Source of the DNA: Oligoflexales bacterium
Lineage (GTDB): Bacteria; Bdellovibrionota_B; Oligoflexia; Oligoflexales; Bog-1112
Reading direction: 5' to 3'
Length of the DNA: 22,946 nucleotides
Assembly (NCBI GenBank): GCA_045105515.1
Contig: JBGCDR010000346.1
Location: 1-22,946 of the forward strand
The notes under the pieces are model-generated. The model saw nothing but the letters and a program-made list of their open reading frames with translations. It was not told the origin of the DNA and made no database searches. Below, one piece after another: positions 7,561 to 17,104 of this stretch (position 1 is the first letter of the stretch; every line of letters begins with the position of its first letter). The translations under genes and the position numbers were made by a program.

Positions 7561-9456
7561 ATGACAAACATTCAAAATCGAGAAGAAGATGCAGCCTCCG
7601 AACAAGCTCAATCAGAGCTCAACGGTAGCGAGGTTCAAGGTCCTAACCCATCGGACCTAAACCTAGCAGAGCAGGGTGCGGATGGCGACTGTGAAGAAAA
7701 CTCATCCTATATGGTCTCAGATCTCGGTGACGAAGACCTTTTAATGAGTGACGATCCCGCTCCAGAACCTGACATTGAAAGCACTGATCTTGATGACGAT
7801 GCGGTTCATGGTCCTGAACCCGTTCATGCCAAAGCTAAAGCAAGCTCCGATGCGATAATCACTAACCGTGAGGAAGAGGAAGACACTAGGACTTTCACCA
7901 AAGAAGAGCCATTGGAAGAAGATGATGATGCTAGCGATGAAGAAGAAGAAGCGCCCGCTAAAGAAGAAGGCACCAACCCAAAAGTAGCCAATACTTCTGC
8001 AACCACCAGCGCATCAAACGACCCAGTTAGAATTTATTTACGCAAAATGGGTCGCGTCGAATTGCTTTCACGTGAAGGCGAGGTGGTTATCGCTAAAAAG
8101 ATAGAGGGAGCTGAAAATCGCCTAATCAGGCGCCTCATAGACTTACCAATAGGTCTTGGTAGGATTCACAACACTGCTGACAAGTACATCAAGAATGAAG
8201 TCAGTATGAAAAGCTGGATCAAAGGCTTTTTTGATGATGATGAGACCTCTGCAAATGAAGAAGAAATGGATTCACGTATTCGCTGCGGAACTCAAGAGTT
8301 CCTGGACATCTTTGATGAGTTTACCAAGCATGCTCAGAAGAAAAAGCCTCACAGCAATGCGCTCCTTACAACTATTGAGGATTGCAAGGAACGAATGTTT
8401 TCTTGCCTTAAAGAACTCAATATCAACCGAAACTTAATTAATAATTCGATATCTTGCCTAACCACCTATGTCCAAACCATCCGTGAAGCAGATTCTGACT
8501 TTCAGTACTATGCTAAACGAGTGGGTATGAGCACACAGGAGCTAGAGCAGGCACTGCTTACAAAACCAGCAGCGATGCCATCAGCAGCGTCTGAGCGCCA
8601 ATGGATGCGTATACAAAAGTGTTATACCAACCTTCAAGAGGCAAAACGGATTTGTAAAAAAGAGACTATGCTGGACGCTGAAGTTTTAACCTCGGCTTAC
8701 TTCGAATTGACACAAATCCAAAATGAAGTGGAATTGTCAAAAAGGGAGTTAATCGAAGCAAACCTAAGACTCGTCGTCTCTATTGCTAAAAAGTACTCTA
8801 ACCGCGGTTTACAGTACTTGGATCTTATCCAAGAAGGAAATATTGGCCTTATGAAGGCCGTGGAAAAATTTGAGTACAGACGTGGTTATAAATTTTCTAC
8901 TTATGCTACTTGGTGGATTCGCCAGGGAATTACCCGGGCAATCGCTGACCAGGCTCGTACAATTAGAATTCCAGTCCATATGATCGAAACGATCAATAAA
9001 TTTATCCGTACTAGTCGCTTGATGGTCCAAGAGCTTGGTCGTGAACCCACGCCAGAAGAAATTGCTGTACGTATGGAAATTGCGGTGAGCCAGGTTCATA
9101 AAGTTATGAAAATTGCAGCTCAGCCTATCTCACTTGAAACTCCAATCGGTGAGGAAGAGGACTCCAGCATAGGCGACCTATTGAAAGATAATACAAGTGT
9201 TTCAGCAACTGAGAAAGCAATTTCATGTTCTTTGACAGATCAGACACAGAAAGCTTTGGCGACCCTTACTCCTCGCGAAGAGAAGATCGTTCGTATGCGC
9301 TTTGGCATTGGAGAAAGCACCGACCATACTTTGGAAGAAGTTGGTAAAAAATTCAATGTTACGCGTGAACGGATTAGGCAGATCGAAGCAAAAGCCTTAA
9401 GAAAGCTAAGACACCCATCTCGCAGTAAAAAGTTTGCAGCTTTCATCGATACCTAG
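7561..9456 (+). CDS. rpoD: RpoD-family sigma70 factor (primary or close paralogue)
   Basis: Region 1.2 [12 protein letters not shown]; region 2 [48 protein letters not shown]; region 3 [11 protein letters not shown]; region 4 [33 protein letters not shown]. Confidence 0.9.
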   Translation: MTNIQNREEDAASEQAQSELNGSEVQGPNPSDLNLAEQGADGDCEENSSYMVSDLGDEDLLMSDDPAPEPDIESTDLDDDAVHGPEPVHAKAKASSDAIITNREEEEDTRTFTKEEPLEEDDDASDEEEEAPAKEEGTNPKVANTSATTSASNDPVRIYLRKMGRVELLSREGEVVIAKKIEGAENRLIRRLIDLPIGLGRIHNTADKYIKNEVSMKSWIKGFFDDDETSANEEEMDSRIRCGTQEFLDIFDEFTKHAQKKKPHSNALLTTIEDCKERMFSCLKELNINRNLINNSISCLTTYVQTIREADSDFQYYAKRVGMSTQELEQALLTKPAAMPSAASERQWMRIQKCYTNLQEAKRICKKETMLDAEVLTSAYFELTQIQNEVELSKRELIEANLRLVVSIAKKYSNRGLQYLDLIQEGNIGLMKAVEKFEYRRGYKFSTYATWWIRQGITRAIADQARTIRIPVHMIETINKFIRTSRLMVQELGREPTPEEIAVRMEIAVSQVHKVMKIAAQPISLETPIGEEEDSSIGDLLKDNTSVSATEKAISCSLTDQTQKALATLTPREEKIVRMRFGIGESTDHTLEEVGKKFNVTRERIRQIEAKALRKLRHPSRSKKFAAFIDT

Positions 9457-9486
9457 CTAAACTCGGAATGCTGCTTCCTTTTTCAG

Positions 9487-9852
9487 TTATTTTGCAAGTC
9501 TGTCAATGTATTCGGCAATCTTTTCGAAATTGGCAGGCTTTTCAATCCACGCCTTAACACCATATTTTTTTATAATTTCCCGGTAACGCTCCATATTCTC
9601 AGTGGTTAGCATGACAATGGGAAATTTACCCGCAAGCTCTGAAGCACCCAAAGCTTCCAACATCTCGATGCCATCCATAATAGGCATATGAACATCCAAA
9701 AAAACTAATGAAATATCAGGGGAGTCAGTCAGAATCTCAAGTGCTTCCTTACCATGGGCTGCAGTAATAGCTTGATAACCCGCTTTCTGCACACAGGCCG
9801 TCATGGCAGTCCTAACCATCAGCGAATCATCAATGATGAGTATTTTTTTCAA
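9487..9852 (-). CDS. Single-domain CheY-like response regulator
   Basis: ILIIDDS, FLDVHMPIMDG (phosphoacceptor Asp), MLTTE, WIEKP; TTG start with an AGGAG Shine-Dalgarno. Confidence 0.93.
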   Translation of the reverse strand: MKKILIIDDSLMVRTAMTACVQKAGYQAITAAHGKEALEILTDSPDISLVFLDVHMPIMDGIEMLEALGASELAGKFPIVMLTTENMERYREIIKKYGVKAWIEKPANFEKIAEYIDRLAK

Positions 9853-9939
9853 TCTAGATCTCCTAAGCCCAATCTCCCAGAGAAAATCTCTTTATATCAT
9901 AACTTAGTTTTGAAAAAAAATTTATTGGTAATCTGCTAT

Positions 9940-11196
9940 CTAGATTAATTCCTGATCCAGCTCTGCTAAATCTTTTGATAATCTTGGCTCTTCTTCTAAT
10001 TCTATCTCTATCTCTTGTAAATCCTCATCCTCTAGGTCTTCTTCCAATAAATCATCTTCTACGTGAGATTCGTCAAATTCTTTTATGTTTACTTGAATTT
10101 CTTCATGCACAACTTCGATATCTTTATCTAGATACTCATCTAAATCAACTTCTTCAGCATCTTTTTTTAGTTCAGCTAACAAATCATCCTGAGCATCCCT
10201 AACTTCAAGCAATTTTTCTTCTACTTGCAAGATACGTTCATCCTCGCCTAAACTATCTACTAACTCGTCAATCGACTTAGAACCAAAAATAAGATCATAA
10301 GCTAGTTCTTTTACCTCTACAATCGAGACCTCAAGATCTAATTCTTCTAAATCATACTCTGATGCAAACTCCATCAACTGACTCTCAAATAGATCGAAAA
10401 ACAAGCGAGCTATACCCCCTTCATGACGGTTAGTGAAATCCAACTGGAAAACCTTACCATTCAGAGTGAATTTGAATACTCCATCTTTTATAACTCTTTT
10501 TACAATTTTCTTTATCTTACTCGAAAGATTCGGAAACATTTCAACAATATCAAAAATAGTTGCTTCGGCTTGCAAAATCGCATCACTTTTGCGCACCCGA
10601 TCAAGATACTCTAATTTTTCTCTAATGCTACCCAGTGATTTAGCTACTAAGATATCTTCTCCCAATTTTTTTAAGTGATAAATAAGGAAAATAGATTTGT
10701 ATAAAGTTCGGTAGCTGAAAATTAATGGATCACTAAAATCATATAGGTCTGAATCATCAAAAACCTGGGAAGCACTTCTAAACTTTTCCTGAGTCTGAAG
10801 CTTGGAGTCAGGTATTATCTCAATCAAACGCGAAGCGGTGTTGATAAATTCTTCCTCTCCAGAACTAGGGTCAAGGCTAGCTATTGACTCCATTATCATA
10901 AGTACATCAAATCCTGCACTTTCTAAATAACTCTGAGCTAGATAGTTGCCAACTAGAACCTGATCAACAGAGCTCCCCTTTAAGTTGGAAAACAACTCAA
11001 TAGCTCTATCGTAGTTTTTATCTCCAAATACAGCTACTGCCTTATTAAAATCCTTCTGATGTTTTTCTTGTTCCCCTCCACCTGACTGGCAGGCAAGCAA
11101 AGAGAAAAATATTCCCATTAAAAATATTGGATGAAAGAGAATTCTTGATGCAATAACCATAGGTAATTTTTCCGAATGTTTTTCAGTTTTTCCCAT
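9940..11196 (-). CDS. Putative lipoprotein with a TPR-like N-terminal region and a highly acidic C-terminal tail
   Basis: Lipobox LLAC after a hydrophobic stretch; TPR-like FGDKNYDRAIELF...YLAQSYLESAG; D/E-rich last ~100 aa. The start codon could be later than 11196. Confidence 0.7.
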   Translation of the reverse strand: MGKTEKHSEKLPMVIASRILFHPIFLMGIFFSLLACQSGGGEQEKHQKDFNKAVAVFGDKNYDRAIELFSNLKGSSVDQVLVGNYLAQSYLESAGFDVLMIMESIASLDPSSGEEEFINTASRLIEIIPDSKLQTQEKFRSASQVFDDSDLYDFSDPLIFSYRTLYKSIFLIYHLKKLGEDILVAKSLGSIREKLEYLDRVRKSDAILQAEATIFDIVEMFPNLSSKIKKIVKRVIKDGVFKFTLNGKVFQLDFTNRHEGGIARLFFDLFESQLMEFASEYDLEELDLEVSIVEVKELAYDLIFGSKSIDELVDSLGEDERILQVEEKLLEVRDAQDDLLAELKKDAEEVDLDEYLDKDIEVVHEEIQVNIKEFDESHVEDDLLEEDLEDEDLQEIEIELEEEPRLSKDLAELDQELI

Positions 11197-11203
11197 ATTA
11201 ATC

Positions 11204-11231
11204 CGATCGGCATGCTATGAAATTTTCTATA
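11204..11231 (-). promoter_or_regulatory. Possible sigma28-type promoter of the lipoprotein gene
   Basis: Minus strand TATAG-N15-GCCGATCG, with the -10 box 7 nt before the ATG at 11196. Same geometry as at 7098-7124. Confidence 0.45.
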
Positions 11232-11462
11232 GAAAGTCTTAAAAGTATCTAAAAATAAAAAAGAAATCTTTAGCTTTTTTTTGTAAACATTTTGATATAA
11301 CGCGCTTATTTGGGTAATGCGATGGGTAATATTTAGCTGGACGATGGTTATAAAAGTTTAAAAATTGATGTTATGATTAATTCAGAAGCTAAGATAAAAA
11401 AAATGGGTTACCGTTTGCTAATATCAAACAAAATATACACATATAATAATTTAGGGGACAGT

Positions 11463-11705
11463 ATGTACAAAAAACTATTATTTATTCTGATACCTATAGG
11501 AATAACTTGTGTGCTAAGCGGGTGTGAATCTCAAAAAAAAGAACTAATGGAAAAGATGGAAAATGAGAAATCTGGAGCAATGGAAAAAATGGAAATGTCT
11601 AAAGCAGAATGGAAACAAAAGGTTAAAGAAAACTGCCCTAAGAATAAATTCAAAAATAAAAAATCAAGAAAGGAATGTATCTCTACCATTAAAAATAAAA
11701 CTTAG
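11463..11705 (+). CDS. Small Lys/Met-rich lipoprotein (80 aa)
   Basis: GGGGA Shine-Dalgarno then ATG at 11463: MYKKLLFILIPIGITCVLSG-C lipobox. Two further C-terminal Cys. The ORF-track start at 11373 is probably too early. Confidence 0.75.
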   Translation: MYKKLLFILIPIGITCVLSGCESQKKELMEKMENEKSGAMEKMEMSKAEWKQKVKENCPKNKFKNKKSRKECISTIKNKT

Positions 11706-11757
11706 CTCGGCATTTTTTCTTCTCACCTCACGACTAAATAAGTCTAATAATTCAAAG

Positions 11758-12780
11758 ATGCTGCACTTAATAAAGTATAAATTTTTCAATATTATAATAT
11801 TCTTACTGGCTTATTTATTATGCAACGACACATGTCTAGGAGACGGTGTACCATTTAGTCACGATAATATCCAGCAACGAGACAAGGTCAAACGAATAAG
11901 TACCAAAGATGACAAAGGTTTAGAGAAGCATACTCACAACGAATTTTCCTACGAAAAACCAGATGAAGATCTATCCTATAATATTTTTGGAATTCTTGGG
12001 AGTTCCAGCTTCAATGGCGAAACAAGTTTAGTTAAAAGCAACCATATAGGAGTGAAACTAAGTGCTGATTTTCACGAACAAAGTATCGAGGCATATCAGC
12101 AAGGTACGGCTCAGAGTTTTAATTCCGGTATTTCCGACTATGCGAGTAGCCAATCAACTTTTAATTATGCCAATACCCTCTTTCAGATGGTAATTATCGA
12201 TTGTGGCATAAGCTTTATAAGATCAAACAGCACAATCAATTCCCAAATTACTGTGTTTAACGCTGGAATTGAGTATTTTCAGGGTAACGACTGGAACTTA
12301 GGGACAAGATTATACTCTGGGCAATACTCGGTAAGCATAGCTAAAGACGTTCATACGACGCAGCTAAGTCCGTTTTTAGCTAAAAATACTTATTTAGCTC
12401 GCTTAGGATACAATATTAAATTTAAACTGGCTGCCAATATTAGCCAAGTTAATACAACTTACAATAATGAGGTCTTTTTTTCCTCAGAAAAACTAAGATT
12501 CTTTTCTTATCATAATGAATTACATCTATACAATAAATCAAATCATCTTATGCTTTCCTATTGGTCTGGCGAAGAATACGTAACAATGCATGATAGAGGG
12601 TACTTGATCAGATCATTGTACAATCATTACTCCCAAGGCATCTCGTTCGAATTTGGGTATAATTTAACAGCAGATGCAAAAATAATTATTGGTGTTGCTA
12701 GAGAACTATTTTTCGAGCGAGAAGATCAGCATAAAGCAATGGAAAAAACAGGAAAAATTGCAGCTAGCTTAAGTTTTTAG
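11758..12780 (+). CDS. Putative outer-membrane beta-barrel protein
   Basis: Signal-like N-terminus from ATG 11758; alternating Y/F/G/S strands (FNAGIEYF, WNLGTRLYSG, ISFEFGYNL); C-terminal Phe beta-signal (KIAASLSF). Confidence 0.65.
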   Translation: MLHLIKYKFFNIIIFLLAYLLCNDTCLGDGVPFSHDNIQQRDKVKRISTKDDKGLEKHTHNEFSYEKPDEDLSYNIFGILGSSSFNGETSLVKSNHIGVKLSADFHEQSIEAYQQGTAQSFNSGISDYASSQSTFNYANTLFQMVIIDCGISFIRSNSTINSQITVFNAGIEYFQGNDWNLGTRLYSGQYSVSIAKDVHTTQLSPFLAKNTYLARLGYNIKFKLAANISQVNTTYNNEVFFSSEKLRFFSYHNELHLYNKSNHLMLSYWSGEEYVTMHDRGYLIRSLYNHYSQGISFEFGYNLTADAKIIIGVARELFFEREDQHKAMEKTGKIAASLSF

Positions 12781-12957
12781 TATTTGACAAAATTAAAGGT
12801 ATCCGACCCTACCCATAACTTCAAATTGTCACATTTATAATGTCGGTTGCAATGAGACGCCTCCGCCAACATCCACTTTTCTACATAGTTCTGTTTTACC
12901 GGGAATTTAACTATTGTGATATAGGGTGAATGAAGGCATCAAATAATTTTCGAGGAC

Positions 12958-13802
12958 TTAGGCATCTTCTTCTACCAGATTATTCATGATTTGCAATGCC
13001 CTCCGTAGGTATACATTACTCGAAATCTCATCCCCATCCTTTACCCTTAAATTAACTCTAGTTTTACTTGGATCAAAAGCTTTTACTTCGGGAAAATATC
13101 CCCTGTCCTTAAGTTTTTTATAGACTCTTTTGTGCCAAGTTTTCCAGATGATCTCAAAATCTCTATTAACGGCTTCAAATATCTTAATCTCAGTATATGC
13201 GAACGATATACTCATGACCATATCAGCAATTTCACTATCTCGATCGTTATGTAAAAAATCTTCTGAATGCTCACTCAATAGATTCTGAATCTCTTGTTTT
13301 ACTAAACGGATATTTCTTTCTTGACTTCCACATATCGTTGATTGAATAACCTCTGTACCCCGTCGTATATAGGGCGCCCAAAAGGTTTTTGGATATATTC
13401 GTTGCTAAAATCTTTCAGTTCTGCATTAGTGTCATAATTCAGTTCATGCTCTCTATTTATTTTATTTATATACTTACCCATTAAAGATGGCATATGCGAC
13501 GAGTAACTTATAATTGGGCCAGTAATCTGGGTTCGCGTGACATCACTCACCATTTTAAAGATAAAATTTGTCAAGTTATAAAAAATAACTAGGTCTGCAA
13601 CTTCAGTATATTTATCCTCCTCATATTCTCCTGAATCAGTATATTCTTCTAGATTTGCAAACAGCTGATCAAATTGAGCCCGTTGCTCTATCTCGACTCT
13701 CTTCCACTCCATATCAAGTTTTTCTAGGGAGCTTGAAAAAGCCAGATTACTGATAAAAAATAGAATTAATGAGGACAAAAAAAGTAGGTTATTTGATTTC
13801 AT
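12958..13802 (-). pseudogene. Secreted hypothetical protein split by a 1-nt frameshift (ORFs 13302..13850 and 12958..13278)
   Basis: Signal peptide MKSNNLLFLSSLILFFISNLAFS from ATG 13802. The downstream frame is open from 13404, immediately before the A5/T4 runs (13380-13390). Adding one base gives EYIQKTFWAPYIRRGTEVIQS...QNLLSEHSEDF, about 281 aa. Confidence 0.6.
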
Positions 13803-13904
13803 GCTTAGTGATTCCCTAATGAATTTTTTCGGAAATCTTACATAAATCAACTAAATAATCAAGAATAGATCATTAATCTTCTATTATTACTTATTTTTTT
13901 CTCT

Positions 13905-16805
13905 TCAAAAATCTAAAAAGTCTATAAATATCGAATTTTCTCTCAGCTGCAGGAAGATTGAATTGAGGTCTAAGATAGCCCGCCCGTAATCGAAAGCCTC
14001 ACAAGAATTCATATCTGCTAGACTTAATCCACTACCACGACGACCACCAAATATTAAGCGTTGAGGAACCGGAGGCCTATCAATAGTAGGAATTTTTTGA
14101 GGTGCGACAGTATTTTTGTAAAGGTTCTTTGCATTTTTGAATGCCTCCAAGCTATCTGATCCTATGGAAACCTCCACACTATCCAAAGAACTAGATGGGC
14201 TAAAAATTTTTCTTCTATCCACTTTTCCCTCTTGCACTTCAACACTGGTATAAACATTGCGTCGATTTATAGCTTTGATTTCGTCAACATCAACATCATA
14301 ACCTGCATGCTTGAGGAGTTGGCACGAGGCCTCACATGTTTCGGGAGTTATCTTTTCGATAACTTCCTTAGTCTTTTCATCTGAAGAATTTTTTGCTTCG
14401 ACGAGGTCCTTAATCACATTGTAGAATTCTCCAAAATCTATATTTTTTATACGCTCTTGGAATCTATACAAATCTACATTTTTAAATTCCATTTCTGCCC
14501 TATTAGCTTCAATATATCCTTGACTGAATTTCCCTTCTGGAATTTTAAACCGCTCTAACCTGTCATCATTGATAAATTCATTGTATATTGATTCAATTTC
14601 TTCGGAAATTAAATCATGCTTATTTTCCTTGCGAAAAATATCAAACACCTTATATTTCCTTTCTCTACTTACTCTTTCAAGGCTCTCATTCCTATACCCA
14701 AATTCTGTTACAGCAAGTTTTAAAAAGTCATATTTCATTTGAATCTTAATTTTTTCCTCGAACTTATATTTTGCGTCATCGCTCAAATCCTGGATACCGC
14801 GGTAACCGTTCATCAAAGGAAACATATGTTTATCTACAATATAATCTGCAGCTTTCCCTAGGCGCAGATTATTTCCTAATAGATCCTTTCGAAACTTATC
14901 TATATCTAATTCAATTTCAGATTGAGTCGAAATTTTTTCCGCAAAATCTTCTAAAAAATCCAAACGACCAAATCTTTCGCGAAACTTATACAATGTTGTT
15001 TTTCGATATTTACCAAGTTGGGAATCTGACCTAAATCTGTTGTCTCTTAAATCAGAGAATTCTTTAAACACCTTATTAACTTCATCTTCAGTAAAATCAC
15101 TAATTTCTTTTGGATCAATATCTTGAATGATTTTGTACTGACTAGATTCAAAAAAAAGGGTTTCTACGGCAATCCGTAGGATATCCTTTTTTAGCTCAAG
15201 GACAACTACTTTGTCGATGTTAGCCTTTTTTTCTACATTCATATCTTTTGCCGTATCGACAGCAACTACATAGCCATTTATTTTGTCGAAAATTTTCGAT
15301 CTAAACTCCGCATTCTCTTTAGTTAACTTTTTAATTGATTGGCGCTCAGATTCAGAAATTTTTCTACCGGAATCCAAGTCGGCCTCAGGAAATACAACAT
15401 CTACATGGCTATTAACACCTGAAATATACAGATTGCGTAATCGTTTTGCCTGCAAAACTTCGTCTAAATGTAGGTCTTTATGCTCATTTAAAAACCCAAT
15501 GTATTCTTCACCAGTTATAATTTTAGAGCCCTCTGTCGTAGTAAAATTTCCCTTATACATATTTTTCAGCTCGTCTAAAGATAATAGACTGTGATCCTGA
15601 CGTGTATATGGATAAACAAGAACATCAATAACCCGACCATCTTCATCTTTAAGAACATATGCCATGCTTGTATAAACCCCTAGTATAGCATTAGCAAATT
15701 TTCTAACATCATCGACAGCAACCGCAGCTGTCCCCAAATGACCTGCACCGTGTACTTGTAATAGCTGCCAAATATATTTGATAGGATCGATATTTGGGTG
15801 TTCAACCCGGGCGAATTGGCCAGTTTTCTGGTAAGTAGATTTAACCTGTTCAAGGGTGGACCAGACGCCCTTGGGACTAAATACTACCCCCACATGAGCA
15901 TTATCGAAAGCTAGTTTAGCGGGATAATCTTCCCATAAATCTTTGGCTACTTCCATCCCCCAGATAGTAGCCTTAAATATTTTATTCAATGATTTTCTAT
16001 CATTTTTTCCTAGCTCTATAAGCTCCTTCACGCTATCTTGAACATCAGCGAAATTACCAATAGAAAAGTTTTCCGCATCAGGCCAGGTAACATCTAAACC
16101 TATAGACACTTTAGGTTCAAATTTAATTACATCTAATTTATAACGGCCACCTGGTCGAATCCTATCCATGGCAGTTACACCATTTCCAAGGTCCCTATTT
16201 TCAACTAGACCAAATCCCTCACGACTCTCTCTTTTGACACTTGTGGAATTTTCCTCATAACCATTTAATGCTATATGGAAAAAAGGTACTATCTTATCTA
16301 AAATTGCACTATAGTGCTTTTTATATCTCCCAATAACTTCGCGGTTATTTTCTCGGTAGTAAGTATCAAGAAAACCATTAACTTCACAAGATGTCGATTC
16401 ATTAATAAACCGACTCATCATTTCCACAGCGTTATCCAGTAGTTTTGAACTATCTCCTTTTAGGTATTGTTGTTCTAGTTCAATCAAACTAAACTGTTCC
16501 GATCGGCCACCGGACTTATATTTTTCCATATTTCGACATTCTGCAGTACTAAGCTTGGGAACATCTTGCAGTTTACAATGCTGAATCTTAATTGAATTAA
16601 ATTTTTTAAGCTCTTTTGTAATATTTACCTGACTTGGTTCTTTAATAATTGACCTTACTCAAAACTGCTTTTCGCACCTTACAAGCTTGTAAAAATATTT
16701 AGCAGTCACCGATTTTTCCATATAAAAACTGCTACTTCTGCCGATATTTTGCTTACATGATAACAATAAAATGCAATTTAATGTGATAAAAACTAAATAT
16801 TTCAT
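13905..16805 (-). pseudogene. Large (966-codon) orphan lipoprotein interrupted by one in-frame TGA; 874-aa remainder at 13905..16529
   Basis: ATG 16805 is in frame with ATG 16529 (276 nt) and encodes MKYLVFITLNCILLLS-C (lipobox). The only stop between them is TGA at codon 49 (16659-16661, ...CEKQF*VRSII...). Confidence 0.7.
14433..15305 (-). repeat. Degenerate two-copy protein-level internal repeat in the large lipoprotein
   Basis: IFDKINGY..LELKKDILRIAV..YKII..EVNKVFKEF..RFR..YRKTTLYKFRERFGRLDF aligns with MFPLMNGY..IQMKYDFLKLAV..YKVF..EIESIYNEF..RFK..FKNVDLYRFQERIKNIDF. Confidence 0.65.
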
Positions 16806-17104
16806 AACACTACACAATCTTGATATAATTTTTCTTCAATAGTAGTCTGGTTATAGGTCGGAATATCTTAATAAATATACAGAAATATTTAGTTAACTAT
16901 GGATTAAATATGATTTTTTATTTACTCTACCTACCCATAAATTAAGGGAAGTATTCCAATAAGTTTGGAGTTTAAGCAGTTTGCTTGAAGGCAATATTAA
17001 ATGTAGTTTACTTAAGCTAATCTTTGGATATCCGCAAAGATTAAATTTATTGGATGAAAATGATTTAGACCTGATTCAAAGAGTTGATTCGAATAGAAAA
17101 AGGG

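Noticed and set aside
2382..9446. Short antisense or alternate-frame ORFs inside ampG, GDPD, the kinase and the sigma gene
   Set aside because: Nested in well-supported genes and lacking motifs.
9465..9485. Terminator after the sigma gene (GGAA-tgctgc-TTCC-TTTTT)
   Set aside because: Only a 4-bp stem; too weak to call.
11373..11757. ORF-track starts at 11373 and 11563
   Set aside because: Later ATGs (11463, 11758) give proper signal peptides and remove a 143-nt overlap.
16659..16661. Genome-wide TGA recoding or selenocysteine
   Set aside because: Conserved Trp residues use TGG, long genes have no internal TGA, TGA terminates the kinase at a natural end, and no SECIS-like stem follows.
11200..17100. 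Genomic island or prophage
   Set aside because: AT-rich and orphan-rich, but no integrase, transposase, tRNA target, att repeat or phage gene is visible.
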